A stretch of DNA of 64,000 bases from Flavobacteriaceae bacterium (GTDB lineage Bacteria; Bacteroidota; Bacteroidia; Flavobacteriales; Flavobacteriaceae): positions 2,255 to 66,254 of the forward strand of contig JBJKXC010000026.1 of NCBI GenBank assembly GCA_045561735.1. Reading direction: 5' to 3'. Every line of letters starts with the position of its first letter. Within the stretch, counting starts at the first letter, position 1. The position numbers and the translations under genes were made by a program. The notes beneath the pieces are model-generated. The model had not been told where the DNA came from. It did no database searches and was given only the letters and a program-made list of their open reading frames with translations. This document shows, one piece after another, positions 40,339 to 50,795 of the stretch.

Positions 40339-42006
40339 ATGAGACATAACAAGATATTTAGATGGTTCTTTATAGCACTACTTTCATTATCTGTGCTAGG
40401 CTGTAGTAAATCCTCCTCAAAATATGGTAACTCCTCACGGGGTACTGGATGGCAAATCAATGCTAAAGAAGGTGGTTTTCAGTACAATACAAGATTTAAA
40501 GAACAAGAGACTGCCCCTGGACTCGTCTTCGTTGAAGGCGGTACTTTTACAATGGGAAAAGTTCAGGATGATGTCATGCACGATTGGAATAACACTCCAA
40601 ATCAACAACACGTTCAATCCTTTTATATCGACGAAACAGAGGTTACAAACCTTATGTACTTAGAGTATTTGGACTGGATTAAACGAGTTTACCCGCCCAA
40701 AAACCCTGAATTCAAGGATATTTATAATGGTTTACTCCCTGACACCTTAGTTTGGAGAAATCGACTGGGTTCTGCCGAAATTTTGGTAGAAAATTATCTA
40801 CGTCATCCTGCATACCGTAACTACCCTGTAGTCGGGGTTAGCTGGCTTCAGGCTAATGAATATGCTAAGTGGAGATCAGACCGCGTTGGTGAAATGGTCC
40901 TTCAAAAAGAGGGATATTTAGAAAAAGGAGCACACATCCCAACTGAATCTGTAACTGCTTCTAATAACTTTAACCTTGATACTTATGTGAGTGTCCCAAA
41001 TCAAACATTCAAAGACAGCCTGGGAACCCATTTAGGTGGAAAAGGCAATAGAAGAAATGATACTTTGGTGGGCTTTGCCTCAAGAGAAACAGGTTTAATC
41101 CAAATTAGATATAGGCTTCCAACAGAAGCAGAATGGGAATATGCAGCTATTGGTCTAACTGAGCTAAGAGAATACAACATCTATCGTGGGAGAAAAAAAT
41201 ACCCCTGGAATGGTCAGTATACTAGAACTGGTCAAAGAAAAATAAAAGGTGATCAGTTGGCAAACTTTAAGCAAGGAAAGGGCGATTACGGAGGTATTGC
41301 CGGATGGTCAGACGATGGTGCAGACATTACTAACGAAGTAATGTCGTATGATCCGAATGATTTTGGTATTTATGATATGGCGGGTAATGTAGCGGAGTGG
41401 GTTGCAGATGTGTACCGCCCAATAGTTGATGATGAATTTAATGATTTTGCATATTATAGAGGAAATATTTATACCAAGAACATGCTAGCTGAAGATGGAT
41501 CTGTAAAAGTAATTGGGATTGATGATTTTGAGTACGACACACTAACTAATGGAAAAGTTATTGTTAAAAACCTTCCTGGTCAACTTGCTGAAATCCCGGT
41601 AGATGAAGACGAAACATATTTAAGGGCAAATTTCGATAAAAGTGACAATAGGAATTTTCGAGATGGAGATAAACAATCATCAAGATATTTTGATGATTTT
41701 GAAGAAGGTGAGATTGAATATTCGGATGCTACTAGTAAGATGTACGATTATCCTAAACATACAGTAGGGACCAACTCTGATGGCACACTCAACAGAGAAT
41801 ATGACAAATCTAACACAAGGACTTCACTCGTGAATGACCAAGCTCGAGTCTACAAAGGAGGGTCATGGAAAGATAGAGAATTTTGGATAGACCCAGCACA
41901 AAGGCGTTTTTATCCTGAAGATATGGCGACTGATTTTATAGGCTTTAGATGTGCTATGTCTAGAGTTGGATCTAAATCAATGAGTAAAAAGAAAAATAAA
42001 AATTAA
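40339..42006 (+). CDS. gldJ: Gliding motility lipoprotein GldJ
   Basis: Lipobox VLGC; FGE-sulfatase fold motifs RLPTEAEWEYAA, YDMAGNVAEW, VYKGGSW; DDVMHDWNN; divergent from porU. Confidence 0.94.
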   Translation: MRHNKIFRWFFIALLSLSVLGCSKSSSKYGNSSRGTGWQINAKEGGFQYNTRFKEQETAPGLVFVEGGTFTMGKVQDDVMHDWNNTPNQQHVQSFYIDETEVTNLMYLEYLDWIKRVYPPKNPEFKDIYNGLLPDTLVWRNRLGSAEILVENYLRHPAYRNYPVVGVSWLQANEYAKWRSDRVGEMVLQKEGYLEKGAHIPTESVTASNNFNLDTYVSVPNQTFKDSLGTHLGGKGNRRNDTLVGFASRETGLIQIRYRLPTEAEWEYAAIGLTELREYNIYRGRKKYPWNGQYTRTGQRKIKGDQLANFKQGKGDYGGIAGWSDDGADITNEVMSYDPNDFGIYDMAGNVAEWVADVYRPIVDDEFNDFAYYRGNIYTKNMLAEDGSVKVIGIDDFEYDTLTNGKVIVKNLPGQLAEIPVDEDETYLRANFDKSDNRNFRDGDKQSSRYFDDFEEGEIEYSDATSKMYDYPKHTVGTNSDGTLNREYDKSNTRTSLVNDQARVYKGGSWKDREFWIDPAQRRFYPEDMATDFIGFRCAMSRVGSKSMSKKKNKN

Positions 42007-42026
42007 ACTTAAGCCCTGGTATTTAT

Positions 42027-42057
42027 AAAAGTCCTAAATATAGTTTAGGACTTTTTT
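42027..42057 (+). terminator. Rho-independent terminator after gldJ
   Basis: AAAAGTCCTAAA-TATAG-TTTAGGACTTTTTT. Confidence 0.85.
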
Positions 42058-42070
42058 GTACATTTAAGTT

Positions 42071-43363
42071 ATGAAAATTGAGAAGCTTCATCACTTATTT
42101 TTAAAATTCAATGGGGTTTCTACAGACACGCGTTCTATATCGAATGGGGCGCTTTTTTTTGCCCTCAAAGGAGATAATTTTAACGGCAATGATTTTGCAA
42201 CAAAGGCCCTGGATTCTGGAGCCTCCTATTGTATAATAGACGAACAACAATCCCAAAGTAATGCGCGTTTTATTTTGGTTCCAGATGTTTTAATAACCTT
42301 GCAAGAACTGGCTAACTTTCATCGCAAATATTTAAATATTCCAATCATTGCTGTTACTGGCAGCAATGGGAAAACAACCACAAAAGAACTGATCAATTCG
42401 GTTTTGGGCCAGCGCTATAAAACACATGCTACACAAGGAAATTATAACAATCATATTGGAGTTCCACTCACTTTGCTTCAAATGGATACCTCAGTAGACA
42501 TTGGAATCGTAGAAATGGGTGCCAATCACATTGGAGAAATCGCAAATCTTTGTCAAATTTCGGCCCCGAACTACGGCTACATTACTAATTTTGGTAAGGC
42601 CCATTTGGAAGGTTTCGGTAGTGCTGAAGGCGTGGTCAAAGGTAAATGTGAATTGTACGATTATTTAAAGAGTAACAAAGGTCTTGTTTTTATAAACGGG
42701 GATGATAAAAAGCAAGTACAACAGATTGGAGGCTATAAGAAAGTACATGTTTTTTCAGAAGAAGACAGTTTCAATATTCAAGTTTCAATGACATCTGAAT
42801 CTCCTTTTATAAGCTTTGAATCACAGGGGTGCAAAATGGAAAGTCAGCTTGTTGGAATTTATAATTTTTCCAATGCTGCAGCGGCTATTGCCATGGGTTG
42901 CTTTTTTGAAGTTAGTCTAGAAAATATTAAAAGAGCCATTAAATCTTACACCCCAAATAACAACCGTTCTCAAATTATCCAAAAAGGCTCCAATACCATT
43001 ATTTTAGACGCTTACAATGCCAACCCAAGCAGTATGGAGGTGGCCTTGGATAATTTTAATTCCATGAAAAGCCTTTTCAAGATTGTAATTTTAGGGGATA
43101 TGTTTGAACTGGGTATTTACAGTAAGTCAGAGCATCAAGCCGTTATTGATAAGGTAAATTCTTTAAATTTTTCATTTGCATATTATATAGGTCCACACTT
43201 TTATGAATTGGCTCCCGATTCATCGAAAGCCAGCTTTTATAAAACTACGGAATTGTTTCGAAATCAGCTTCAGTCCTTAGTTTTTAAAGATGCATTTATT
43301 TTAATAAAAGGGTCTAGGGGTATGGCTTTGGAAAGTTTAATAAATGAAGTTAAGTGTATTTAA
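42071..43363 (+). CDS. murF: UDP-MurNAc-tripeptide--D-Ala-D-Ala ligase
   Basis: TGSNGKTTTKE, NNHIGVPLTL, EMGANH, DAYNANPSSM, LGDMFELG, KGSRG. Confidence 0.96.
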   Translation: MKIEKLHHLFLKFNGVSTDTRSISNGALFFALKGDNFNGNDFATKALDSGASYCIIDEQQSQSNARFILVPDVLITLQELANFHRKYLNIPIIAVTGSNGKTTTKELINSVLGQRYKTHATQGNYNNHIGVPLTLLQMDTSVDIGIVEMGANHIGEIANLCQISAPNYGYITNFGKAHLEGFGSAEGVVKGKCELYDYLKSNKGLVFINGDDKKQVQQIGGYKKVHVFSEEDSFNIQVSMTSESPFISFESQGCKMESQLVGIYNFSNAAAAIAMGCFFEVSLENIKRAIKSYTPNNNRSQIIQKGSNTIILDAYNANPSSMEVALDNFNSMKSLFKIVILGDMFELGIYSKSEHQAVIDKVNSLNFSFAYYIGPHFYELAPDSSKASFYKTTELFRNQLQSLVFKDAFILIKGSRGMALESLINEVKCI

Positions 43364-43464
43364 AAATTAAAGATGTAGATGGCAGTCCTATTGATAATAG
43401 TAATTCTAGTTTTAGTTCTGGTATTTCTAACCTTGGGATACTAAATCTAAATTTTTCATTTTAA
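43354..43464 (+). pseudogene. Probable 3' remnant of an outer-membrane protein gene
   Basis: Stop-free frame VYLKIKDVDGSPIDNSNSSFSSGISNLGILNLNFSF* with T-rich third positions and a terminal Phe. Confidence 0.4.
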
Positions 43465-43512
43465 CAAAGAATAGTAAAAAACTAACATACTAGCGCTGAT
43501 TGCTTATAATAT

Positions 43513-44016
43513 CTAAAGCAAGGATATTGTATCCTTGGTATAATCTTTAGTGAAGGTTATGTTGTAGTTTAAATCCTCAAATTCAACTAATACAATATTG
43601 GTTTGTTTGTGTGACCTTTCTAAAAAAAGTGTGTTTTCGATAGCTATGGATTCTATGTTTCCGTTAGAGTTACAATTAGGAATTTCAAAGTACAAATAAA
43701 TATCGTGCAAGTCCTTTGCCATTTCTTTTCCAATCCAATTGTATGCTGCCATTTTTTCATTGATAGAAATTTGCAGATGATGATCGAAATAATTTTTGAT
43801 GTATTGATTGGAAGATTTATTTTCTTTTGGGTTCCCTAGTTTTAATTTGCCAGAACTTTTTGTCTCTAAGGTTTTTTCCAAATCATCAATAGCAACTCTT
43901 ACAGTTATTTCTATTGACTCTTGGGCTGTGTTGTAATGCAAAGTCGTGTGAGATATATGAAAATCATGAAAGGGAAGTATTGTGTAGAGAATTAAAAAGA
44001 TCAAAGACTTTATCAT
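43513..44016 (-). CDS. DUF6702-family exported protein
   Basis: HDFHISHT, VAIDDLEKTL, IENTLF...QTNIV; typical M1 peptidase partner. Confidence 0.75.
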   Translation of the reverse strand: MIKSLIFLILYTILPFHDFHISHTTLHYNTAQESIEITVRVAIDDLEKTLETKSSGKLKLGNPKENKSSNQYIKNYFDHHLQISINEKMAAYNWIGKEMAKDLHDIYLYFEIPNCNSNGNIESIAIENTLFLERSHKQTNIVLVEFEDLNYNITFTKDYTKDTISLL

Positions 44017-44042
44017 AATAATTTGTCATTAATTTTCTGAGC

Positions 44043-46370
44043 CTATTGTTTTTTGGCTCTTTCAGCTCTTTGCATTGGGTTTTCAAGTTTTTCTTCATCG
44101 AGCTTATAGAGTTGAAAACGTGTCGGTTCAGTTCTTGGAGGCCAATAATTATTATTCAAATCAACATCCGCAGTTTCTAAGAACGGATCCAGTTTGACAT
44201 TGACTAATTGCTTGTCCAGAATAAATACTTTTTTGATTTTTTCATTATTTCTCTTCCATATTTCTGCAGGTATTCTCACGATTTCTTGGGTTCCATCTGT
44301 ATAAGTAAATTCTAGAATGATGGGCATCACAAGTCCTCCGATATTTGTGAACTGCAATTCGTAGTAGTTTTTATCAGAATTTAAAAATGCCTTTTCCTCT
44401 TCATCAAGAGTGTTTAGAAATTCTGCATAGTCTTGTCTGTCTAAAGCATCGGTTATAAAGGGGTCATAAGTAGTGTAAAAATCTACTGCACCTTTATCTT
44501 TTTCAGTCACTGTTTTAGAAATGGATGTAGCATCGCGTTTTTTTCCAATGTAGGTGCTGTTTTTTTCTTTTTGATTTTTTGCGATGGGATTTTCAATATC
44601 AGGATTGGCAGTATTTATTTTGAACCAATTCACTTGGTCTAAAGAAATATCCACACAATCATTGGTGTAAAACCAGCCTCTCCAAAACCAATCAAGATCG
44701 ACGGCGCTGGCATCTTCCATAGTTCTAAAGAAATCTGCTGGTGTAGGGTGTTTAAATGCCCATCTTTCACTGTACGTCTTAAAGGCATAGTCAAACAATT
44801 CTCTGCCCATAATCGTTTCTCTTAAAATATTGAGCGCCGTGGCAGGTTTCCCGTACGCATTGTTACCAAATTGTAAAATGGATTCAGAATTTGTCATGAT
44901 TGGTACAATTCCGCTTTTATCTCCTTTCATGTATTGAACAATATTTTCTGGAGGCCCTCTTCTTGAAGGATAATCTCTCTCAAATTCTTGTTCCGTAAGG
45001 TATTCTACAAAGCTGTTTAGACCTTCGTCCATCCATGTCCATTGGCGTTCGTCAGAATTTATAATCATGGGAAAGAAATTATGACCTACCTCGTGGATAA
45101 TGACACCAATCATGCGGTATTTTGTTCTCTGAGAATAGGTCCCATCTTCTTCCGGTCTTCCAAAATTAAAACAAATCATAGGATATTCCATCCCGATGGA
45201 TTTGGCATGAACCGATGTGGCTTGCGGATAAATGTAATCTATGGTGTACTTGGAATAGGTTTTAAGTGTGTGAGCAACGGCTCTGGTTGAATACTGTTCC
45301 CAAAGTGGATTTCCTTCTTTCGGGTAGTAACTGTAGGCCATTACCCTTTTGCCTGCAATATCTACAGCCATGGCATCCCATATGAATTTCCTAGAGCTCG
45401 CCCATCCAAAGTCTCTCACATTTTCTGCTTCAAAAACCCAAGTCTTTTTTGAATTGCTTTTGGTTTTTTCATTGAGCTCTGCTTCCTTTTGCGTAACAAT
45501 AATTTCAGGATCTGTGTAATTATTTTTTGCCTTGTCTAGCCTTTCAATTTGTTTTTTACTTAATACGGAGGTGTGATTTTTGAGTTCTCCGGTGGCAGCC
45601 ACTATGTGGTCACTTGGAACAGTAATGCTTACTTTATAATCCCCAAAAGGTAGTGTAAATTCCCCATTGCCAATAAATTGTTTGTTTTGCCAGCCTTCAA
45701 CTTCATTGTATACTGCCATTCTGGGGAAAAACTGGGCGATAGTATATATTGAATTTCCTTCTTTTTCAAAGTACTCATAACCACTTCGTCCACCAATTTT
45801 TAACCTGTCATTGATATTATAATGGTAATTTATCTTAAACGAAAAGGATTGTCCCTTTTTTAGTGCCTTTGGGAGTTCTATTCGCATCATGGTTTCATTG
45901 ATCTTATAAGACAGGTTTTTGTTATTTGTATCCGTCACCTTTTCAAGCTTGAAGCCACCATCAAAATTCATTCGATCGTGCATCCTTTTGATACTTCCAA
46001 AACTCATTTCGTTACCCATACTGCTAGTGGAAGTGAGTTGTCCGTGCGAGTTTTTTGCGCGAATATTTTGATCCAATTGTATCCATAGATAACTCAGGAT
46101 GTCTGGAGAATTGTTGGTATAGGTAATGGTTTCTTTTCCATGAATAATATTATTGACTTCATCTAGTTCTACATCTATCAAATAATCTGCATTTTGTTGA
46201 TAGTATTCATGTCCAGGTGCACCACTGGCAGTTCTATATACATTGGGCGTTGGAAGCTCCTCATATAATTGTTTAAACTTGCTGTTATTCACGTTCTCTT
46301 GCGATAAAAGATTGGAAGAAATGCAAAGCACAATTGTAATAAAATTGATTTTATTTAACTTGAAATACAT
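44043..46370 (-). CDS. M1 family metalloaminopeptidase, exported
   Basis: Signal peptide; GMEYPM; HEVGHNFF...WMDEG zinc motif; AYGKP. Confidence 0.93.
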   Translation of the reverse strand: MYFKLNKINFITIVLCISSNLLSQENVNNSKFKQLYEELPTPNVYRTASGAPGHEYYQQNADYLIDVELDEVNNIIHGKETITYTNNSPDILSYLWIQLDQNIRAKNSHGQLTSTSSMGNEMSFGSIKRMHDRMNFDGGFKLEKVTDTNNKNLSYKINETMMRIELPKALKKGQSFSFKINYHYNINDRLKIGGRSGYEYFEKEGNSIYTIAQFFPRMAVYNEVEGWQNKQFIGNGEFTLPFGDYKVSITVPSDHIVAATGELKNHTSVLSKKQIERLDKAKNNYTDPEIIVTQKEAELNEKTKSNSKKTWVFEAENVRDFGWASSRKFIWDAMAVDIAGKRVMAYSYYPKEGNPLWEQYSTRAVAHTLKTYSKYTIDYIYPQATSVHAKSIGMEYPMICFNFGRPEEDGTYSQRTKYRMIGVIIHEVGHNFFPMIINSDERQWTWMDEGLNSFVEYLTEQEFERDYPSRRGPPENIVQYMKGDKSGIVPIMTNSESILQFGNNAYGKPATALNILRETIMGRELFDYAFKTYSERWAFKHPTPADFFRTMEDASAVDLDWFWRGWFYTNDCVDISLDQVNWFKINTANPDIENPIAKNQKEKNSTYIGKKRDATSISKTVTEKDKGAVDFYTTYDPFITDALDRQDYAEFLNTLDEEEKAFLNSDKNYYELQFTNIGGLVMPIILEFTYTDGTQEIVRIPAEIWKRNNEKIKKVFILDKQLVNVKLDPFLETADVDLNNNYWPPRTEPTRFQLYKLDEEKLENPMQRAERAKKQ

Positions 46371-46436
46371 ATTTTTCAGAATTTAAAATTAACAAATTGT
46401 AAAGACCAAATTGTTTCAAATGGGTTTGTTTTCATG

Positions 46437-46511
46437 TGGGTCATACTGGATTCGAACCAGTGACTTCTACCCTGTCAAGGTAACACTCTGAACCAACTGA
46501 GTTAATGACCC
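46437..46511 (-). tRNA. tRNA-Val(GAC)
   Basis: Reverse complement GGGTCATTAACTCAGTTGGTTCAGAGTGTTACC-TTGACAG-GGTAGAAGTCACTGGTTCGAATCCAGTATGACCCA; TATTTTTG -7 element at 46524-46531. Confidence 0.96.
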
Positions 46512-46595
46512 TTAAAGCGACTACAAAAATAACAATATCTTTGGATTACGAGTATTTATTTCTAAATTTATAAAGAATAACCAAAACAATTTTCA

Positions 46596-47327
46596 TTGTA
46601 TTTTTTTTCTGAAACAAACACCTACAATCACGTCGTTGATATCATGTCTGCAGAGTGGATTAGAAATACTGCTATTTCGATCGCGATAATTGTTATTTTT
46701 TTGTTGTCCACACGTCGTTTAACAACCAAACAAAAAACCTTACTTTTAAATATTATGGGTATTGTTTTGTTTTTAACTTGCATATACAATCCTTTGCACA
46801 CCTACATGTCTGGCAACTTCAGCTTGGCTGTAGATTTACCGCTGCAACTTTGTGGAATCTCAGCTTTTATTTGTTCGATAATCCCTTTTGTAAAAAATAA
46901 ACAAGGCTTATTTGATTTTGTGTTCTACACAGGGATAATTGGAGGTTTTATGGGTGTTTTAACACCTCAAATGAGTGATTATGATGGTAGTTTTTATGTT
47001 TATTTTGTGTATTATATACGTCACGTTTTTATTTTTGTAATACCAATATTTATGCTTCAAAATTTTGGTCTAAAGCCCAGAAAAAAATCCATGGTTAGTA
47101 CATTTTTAATATTAAATTTATTGTTGGTAGTTTTGATGCCCTTTAACTTTTATATCGGTGGAAATTATATGTATTTAGCCGAGCCCCCACAAGTCAATAA
47201 TCCATTAGTCATAGGAGAATGGCCTTACTATATTTTTTGGTTTGAAATATTTGTTGTAATACTTTTAGTATTGCTATATAATCTTTCTAAGATCTCTTTT
47301 AAAAAAAATGTTAGCCCTACAATTTAA
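46596..47327 (+). CDS. YwaF/TIGR02206 family integral membrane protein
   Basis: DLPLQLCG, LTPQ, YYIRH, GNYMYL, GEWPYY motifs; start TTG 46596 or ATG 46644. Confidence 0.82.
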   Translation: MYFFSETNTYNHVVDIMSAEWIRNTAISIAIIVIFLLSTRRLTTKQKTLLLNIMGIVLFLTCIYNPLHTYMSGNFSLAVDLPLQLCGISAFICSIIPFVKNKQGLFDFVFYTGIIGGFMGVLTPQMSDYDGSFYVYFVYYIRHVFIFVIPIFMLQNFGLKPRKKSMVSTFLILNLLLVVLMPFNFYIGGNYMYLAEPPQVNNPLVIGEWPYYIFWFEIFVVILLVLLYNLSKISFKKNVSPTI

Positions 47328-47363
47328 GCGGACTTTATTATCTTAGCATCAATAAAATACGAA

Positions 47364-48053
47364 ATGAAGCCGAGCAAAACAGTCATAATAACAGGAACCA
47401 GTCGAGGTATTGGATTTGAACTTGTTTCCTTGTTTTCAAAAGCCGGATATGCTGTTTTGGCACTTTCAAGAAATGCCGCCCCTGTATCTGATATGGCCTA
47501 CAAAAACACTACTGCATTTTCATTTGATTTAAACACACCAGAAGCTTATGAAGCCGTTGAAGCTTTTATAGTTAAAGAATGGAATCAGGTTGATATTTTG
47601 ATTAACAATGCCGGATCTTTAATCAATCGGCCTTTTGCACAAACCACAATAGAAGACTTTAAAAATGTTTATAACACCAATGTTTTTGGAGTTGCAGAAC
47701 TCACCAGGCGTGTGCTTCCTTTTATGGTTTCTAGTGGTCATGTTCTTAACATCAGTTCAATGGGTGGTGTGCAGGGCTCTGCTAAGTTTCCCGGTTTGTC
47801 TGCTTACAGCTCTAGTAAAGGCGCCCTTATAACATTAACAGAACTTTTGGCTGAGGAGTATAAAGACACAGGCCCATCATTTAATGTTTTGGCCTTAGGG
47901 GCAGTTCAAACGGAAATGCTGGAAGCCGCTTTCCCAGGCTACAAAGCACCGATGAGCGCTAAAGAGATGGCAACTTATATTTTTGAATTTTCAGAAACAG
48001 GTCCGCAGTTTTACAATGGCAAACTCCTGCAAGTTTCTAACTCTACACCCTAG
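47364..48053 (+). CDS. SDR family oxidoreductase
   Basis: TGTSRGIG, INNAG, YSSSK. Confidence 0.93.
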   Translation: MKPSKTVIITGTSRGIGFELVSLFSKAGYAVLALSRNAAPVSDMAYKNTTAFSFDLNTPEAYEAVEAFIVKEWNQVDILINNAGSLINRPFAQTTIEDFKNVYNTNVFGVAELTRRVLPFMVSSGHVLNISSMGGVQGSAKFPGLSAYSSSKGALITLTELLAEEYKDTGPSFNVLALGAVQTEMLEAAFPGYKAPMSAKEMATYIFEFSETGPQFYNGKLLQVSNSTP

Positions 48054-48128
48054 AATTGTTTATTGAGTTGATAAACGGAAATAAAAAAAATATTTCGTTA
48101 CTTTTGTAACTGCAAATTAACTTCCCTA

Positions 48129-49460
48129 ATGTTTAATAATTTAAGTGAAAAATTAGATAAGGCCTTACACGTTTTAAAAGGGCATGGTAGCATTACCGAA
48201 ATTAATGTTGCCGAAACACTCAAAGCCGTTCGTCGTGCCTTATTGGATGCTGATGTAAATTATAAAATTGCCAAAACTTTTACCAATAAGGTAAAAGAAA
48301 AGGCCTTAGGACAAAATGTTTTGACGACGCTTCAGCCTGGTCAATTGATGGTCAAAATTGTCAAAGACGAACTCACTGAGCTTATGGGGGGAGATGCAGC
48401 TGGCGTAAATCTTTCTGGCGCACCATCCATTGTTTTAATGTCTGGATTACAGGGTTCAGGGAAAACAACATTTTCTGGAAAATTGGCGCAATTTCTCAAA
48501 ACAAAAAAATCTAAAATTCCTATGTTGGTTGCCTGTGATGTTTACCGTCCGGCGGCCATAGACCAGTTGCATATTGTTGGCGAGCAGGTCGGAGCAGAGG
48601 TTTACAGCGACCCTGGAAATAATGATCCTGTAGCCATTGCTAAAGCAGGTGTTGCCGAAGCTAAATCAAAAGGCTGTAATGTGGTCATTATTGATACGGC
48701 AGGACGTTTGGCAATAGATCAGGAAATGATGACTGAAATTGCCAATATTCAAAAAGCAATTAAGCCTCAAGAAACCCTTTTTGTCGTAGATTCTATGACG
48801 GGTCAAGATGCGGTAAATACTGCCAAAGCATTTAATGATATTTTAAATTTTGATGGGGTTATACTCACAAAGTTAGATGGCGATACAAGAGGTGGCGCCG
48901 CCATTTCCATTAAATCTGTTGTCAATAAACCCATAAAATATATTGGTACTGGAGAGAAAATGGATGCCATAGATGTTTTCTACCCCGCTCGAATGGCCGA
49001 TCGTATTTTGGGCATGGGTGATGTCGTTTCATTGGTAGAACGCGCCCAAGAGCAATTTGATGAGCAACAGGCCCGTAAAATTCAAAAGAAGATTGCCAAA
49101 AATCAGTTTGGTTTTGATGATTTCTTATCCCAAATTCAGCAAATTAAGAAAATGGGGAGTATGAAAGACCTCATGGGGATGATCCCAGGAATGGGTAAAA
49201 TGATGAAGGACATTGATATTGATGACGATGCTTTTAAGCACATTGAAGCCATCATTCATTCCATGACTCCAAAAGAGCGTTCCAATCCATCTGTTATTAA
49301 TGCTAGTCGTAAAAAAAGGATCGGTGCCGGCTCTGGAACTTCTGTTCAAGATGTTAATAAATTAATGAAACAGTTCGGTCAAATGAGTAAAATGATGAAA
49401 ATGATGCAAGGCAATAAAGGCCGCAACATGATGCAGATGATGAAAAATATGCCAAGATAA
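48129..49460 (+). CDS. ffh: Signal recognition particle protein
   Basis: GLQGSGKTT, DTAGR, TKLDGDTRGG, Met-rich M domain; TACTTTTG -7 element at 48099-48106. Confidence 0.98.
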   Translation: MFNNLSEKLDKALHVLKGHGSITEINVAETLKAVRRALLDADVNYKIAKTFTNKVKEKALGQNVLTTLQPGQLMVKIVKDELTELMGGDAAGVNLSGAPSIVLMSGLQGSGKTTFSGKLAQFLKTKKSKIPMLVACDVYRPAAIDQLHIVGEQVGAEVYSDPGNNDPVAIAKAGVAEAKSKGCNVVIIDTAGRLAIDQEMMTEIANIQKAIKPQETLFVVDSMTGQDAVNTAKAFNDILNFDGVILTKLDGDTRGGAAISIKSVVNKPIKYIGTGEKMDAIDVFYPARMADRILGMGDVVSLVERAQEQFDEQQARKIQKKIAKNQFGFDDFLSQIQQIKKMGSMKDLMGMIPGMGKMMKDIDIDDDAFKHIEAIIHSMTPKERSNPSVINASRKKRIGAGSGTSVQDVNKLMKQFGQMSKMMKMMQGNKGRNMMQMMKNMPR

Positions 49461-49476
49461 GACCCATTACAGGATT

Positions 49477-50361
49477 ATGATATTACTTGACGGAAGACAA
49501 ACTAGTTCCAAAATAAAAGAAGAAATCGCAGCTAAAGTTTCACAAATGAAACAATATAATAAGCGAGTACCTCATTTAGCTGCTGTATTGGTGGGTATGG
49601 ACGGAGCAAGCATGACTTATGTGGGAGCAAAAGTCAAAGCTTGTAAATTGGTAGGATTTGAGTCTACACTTGTTAAACTTCCTGAAGACACTTCTGAGCA
49701 GGCTTTGCTGGAACAAATTAATATTTTAAACAATAAACACGAAATTGATGGATATATCGTTCAGCTACCACTTCCGAAGCACATTGATGAACAAAAAATT
49801 TTAATGGCAATAGACCCCAATAAAGACGTGGATGGCTTTCATCCAACTAATGTTGGAAAGCTAACTCTAGATTTACCTACCTTTATCTCCGCGACGCCTT
49901 ACGGCATCATGGAATTATTAGAACGTTATGAAATTCCAACTTCTGGTAAAAATGTAGTTGTTATTGGTAGAAGCCATATTGTTGGCCGTCCAATGAGTAT
50001 ATTAATGAGCCAAAAACGTAAAGCTGGAAATGCAACCGTAACTATTGCCCACAGCCGAACAGAAAATTTAGCAACCCTAACAAAACAAGCAGATATTGTC
50101 ATAGCAGCGCTTGGCATTCCTGAATTTTTAACTGCTGAAATGGTAAAAGACAATGCTGTGGTTATTGATGTTGGCATTACAAGAGTTCCAGATAAAACTA
50201 AGAAAAAAGGCTATAGAATTGCTGGAGATGTGGACTTTGAATCTGTGTCAAAAAAGGCAAGTCATATTACACCCGTACCAGGCGGAGTTGGCCCTATGAC
50301 CATCGCCATGTTGTTGAAAAACACCCTGCAAGCAAGAGAAGGCTTTGGCAATGCCAATTAA
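49477..50361 (+). CDS. folD: Methylenetetrahydrofolate dehydrogenase/cyclohydrolase
   Basis: VQLPLP, KDVDGFHP, GRSHIVGRP, TPVPGGVGPMT. Confidence 0.97.
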   Translation: MILLDGRQTSSKIKEEIAAKVSQMKQYNKRVPHLAAVLVGMDGASMTYVGAKVKACKLVGFESTLVKLPEDTSEQALLEQINILNNKHEIDGYIVQLPLPKHIDEQKILMAIDPNKDVDGFHPTNVGKLTLDLPTFISATPYGIMELLERYEIPTSGKNVVVIGRSHIVGRPMSILMSQKRKAGNATVTIAHSRTENLATLTKQADIVIAALGIPEFLTAEMVKDNAVVIDVGITRVPDKTKKKGYRIAGDVDFESVSKKASHITPVPGGVGPMTIAMLLKNTLQAREGFGNAN

Positions 50362-50363
50362 AC

Positions 50364-50795
50364 TTACTTTGCAAAAATTTGATTCAAGTCTCTAAAAGAT
50401 TTGAATTCAAGTGCATTTCCTGCTGGATCTAAAAAAAACATCGTTGCTTGCTCTCCAATTTCCCCTTCAAATCGCGTATATGGCTCAATGATAAAATCTA
50501 TCCCTTTATTTTTTAAATCTCTGCCAAATTCCTGAAACATATCCCATTCTAATATTACGCCAAAATGTGGAACGGGCACTTGCTTGCCGTCCACTTCATT
50601 GGCGTGTATTTTTTCATTTAACTTGGGTTTGTAATGCAAAACCAATTGATGTCCAAATAAGTTCATATCGACCCAATGGGAACTGCTACGTCCCTCCGTG
50701 CAGCCCAGCACTTCTTTATAAAATTTTCTACATGCTTCTAAATTCCAAACTGGAATAGCCAGGTGAAAAGGGCTAATTTTTGAGCTTATTACCAT
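50364..50795 (-). CDS. VOC/glyoxalase family protein
   Basis: [33 protein letters not shown]. Confidence 0.9.
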   Translation of the reverse strand: MVISSKISPFHLAIPVWNLEACRKFYKEVLGCTEGRSSSHWVDMNLFGHQLVLHYKPKLNEKIHANEVDGKQVPVPHFGVILEWDMFQEFGRDLKNKGIDFIIEPYTRFEGEIGEQATMFFLDPAGNALEFKSFRDLNQIFAK

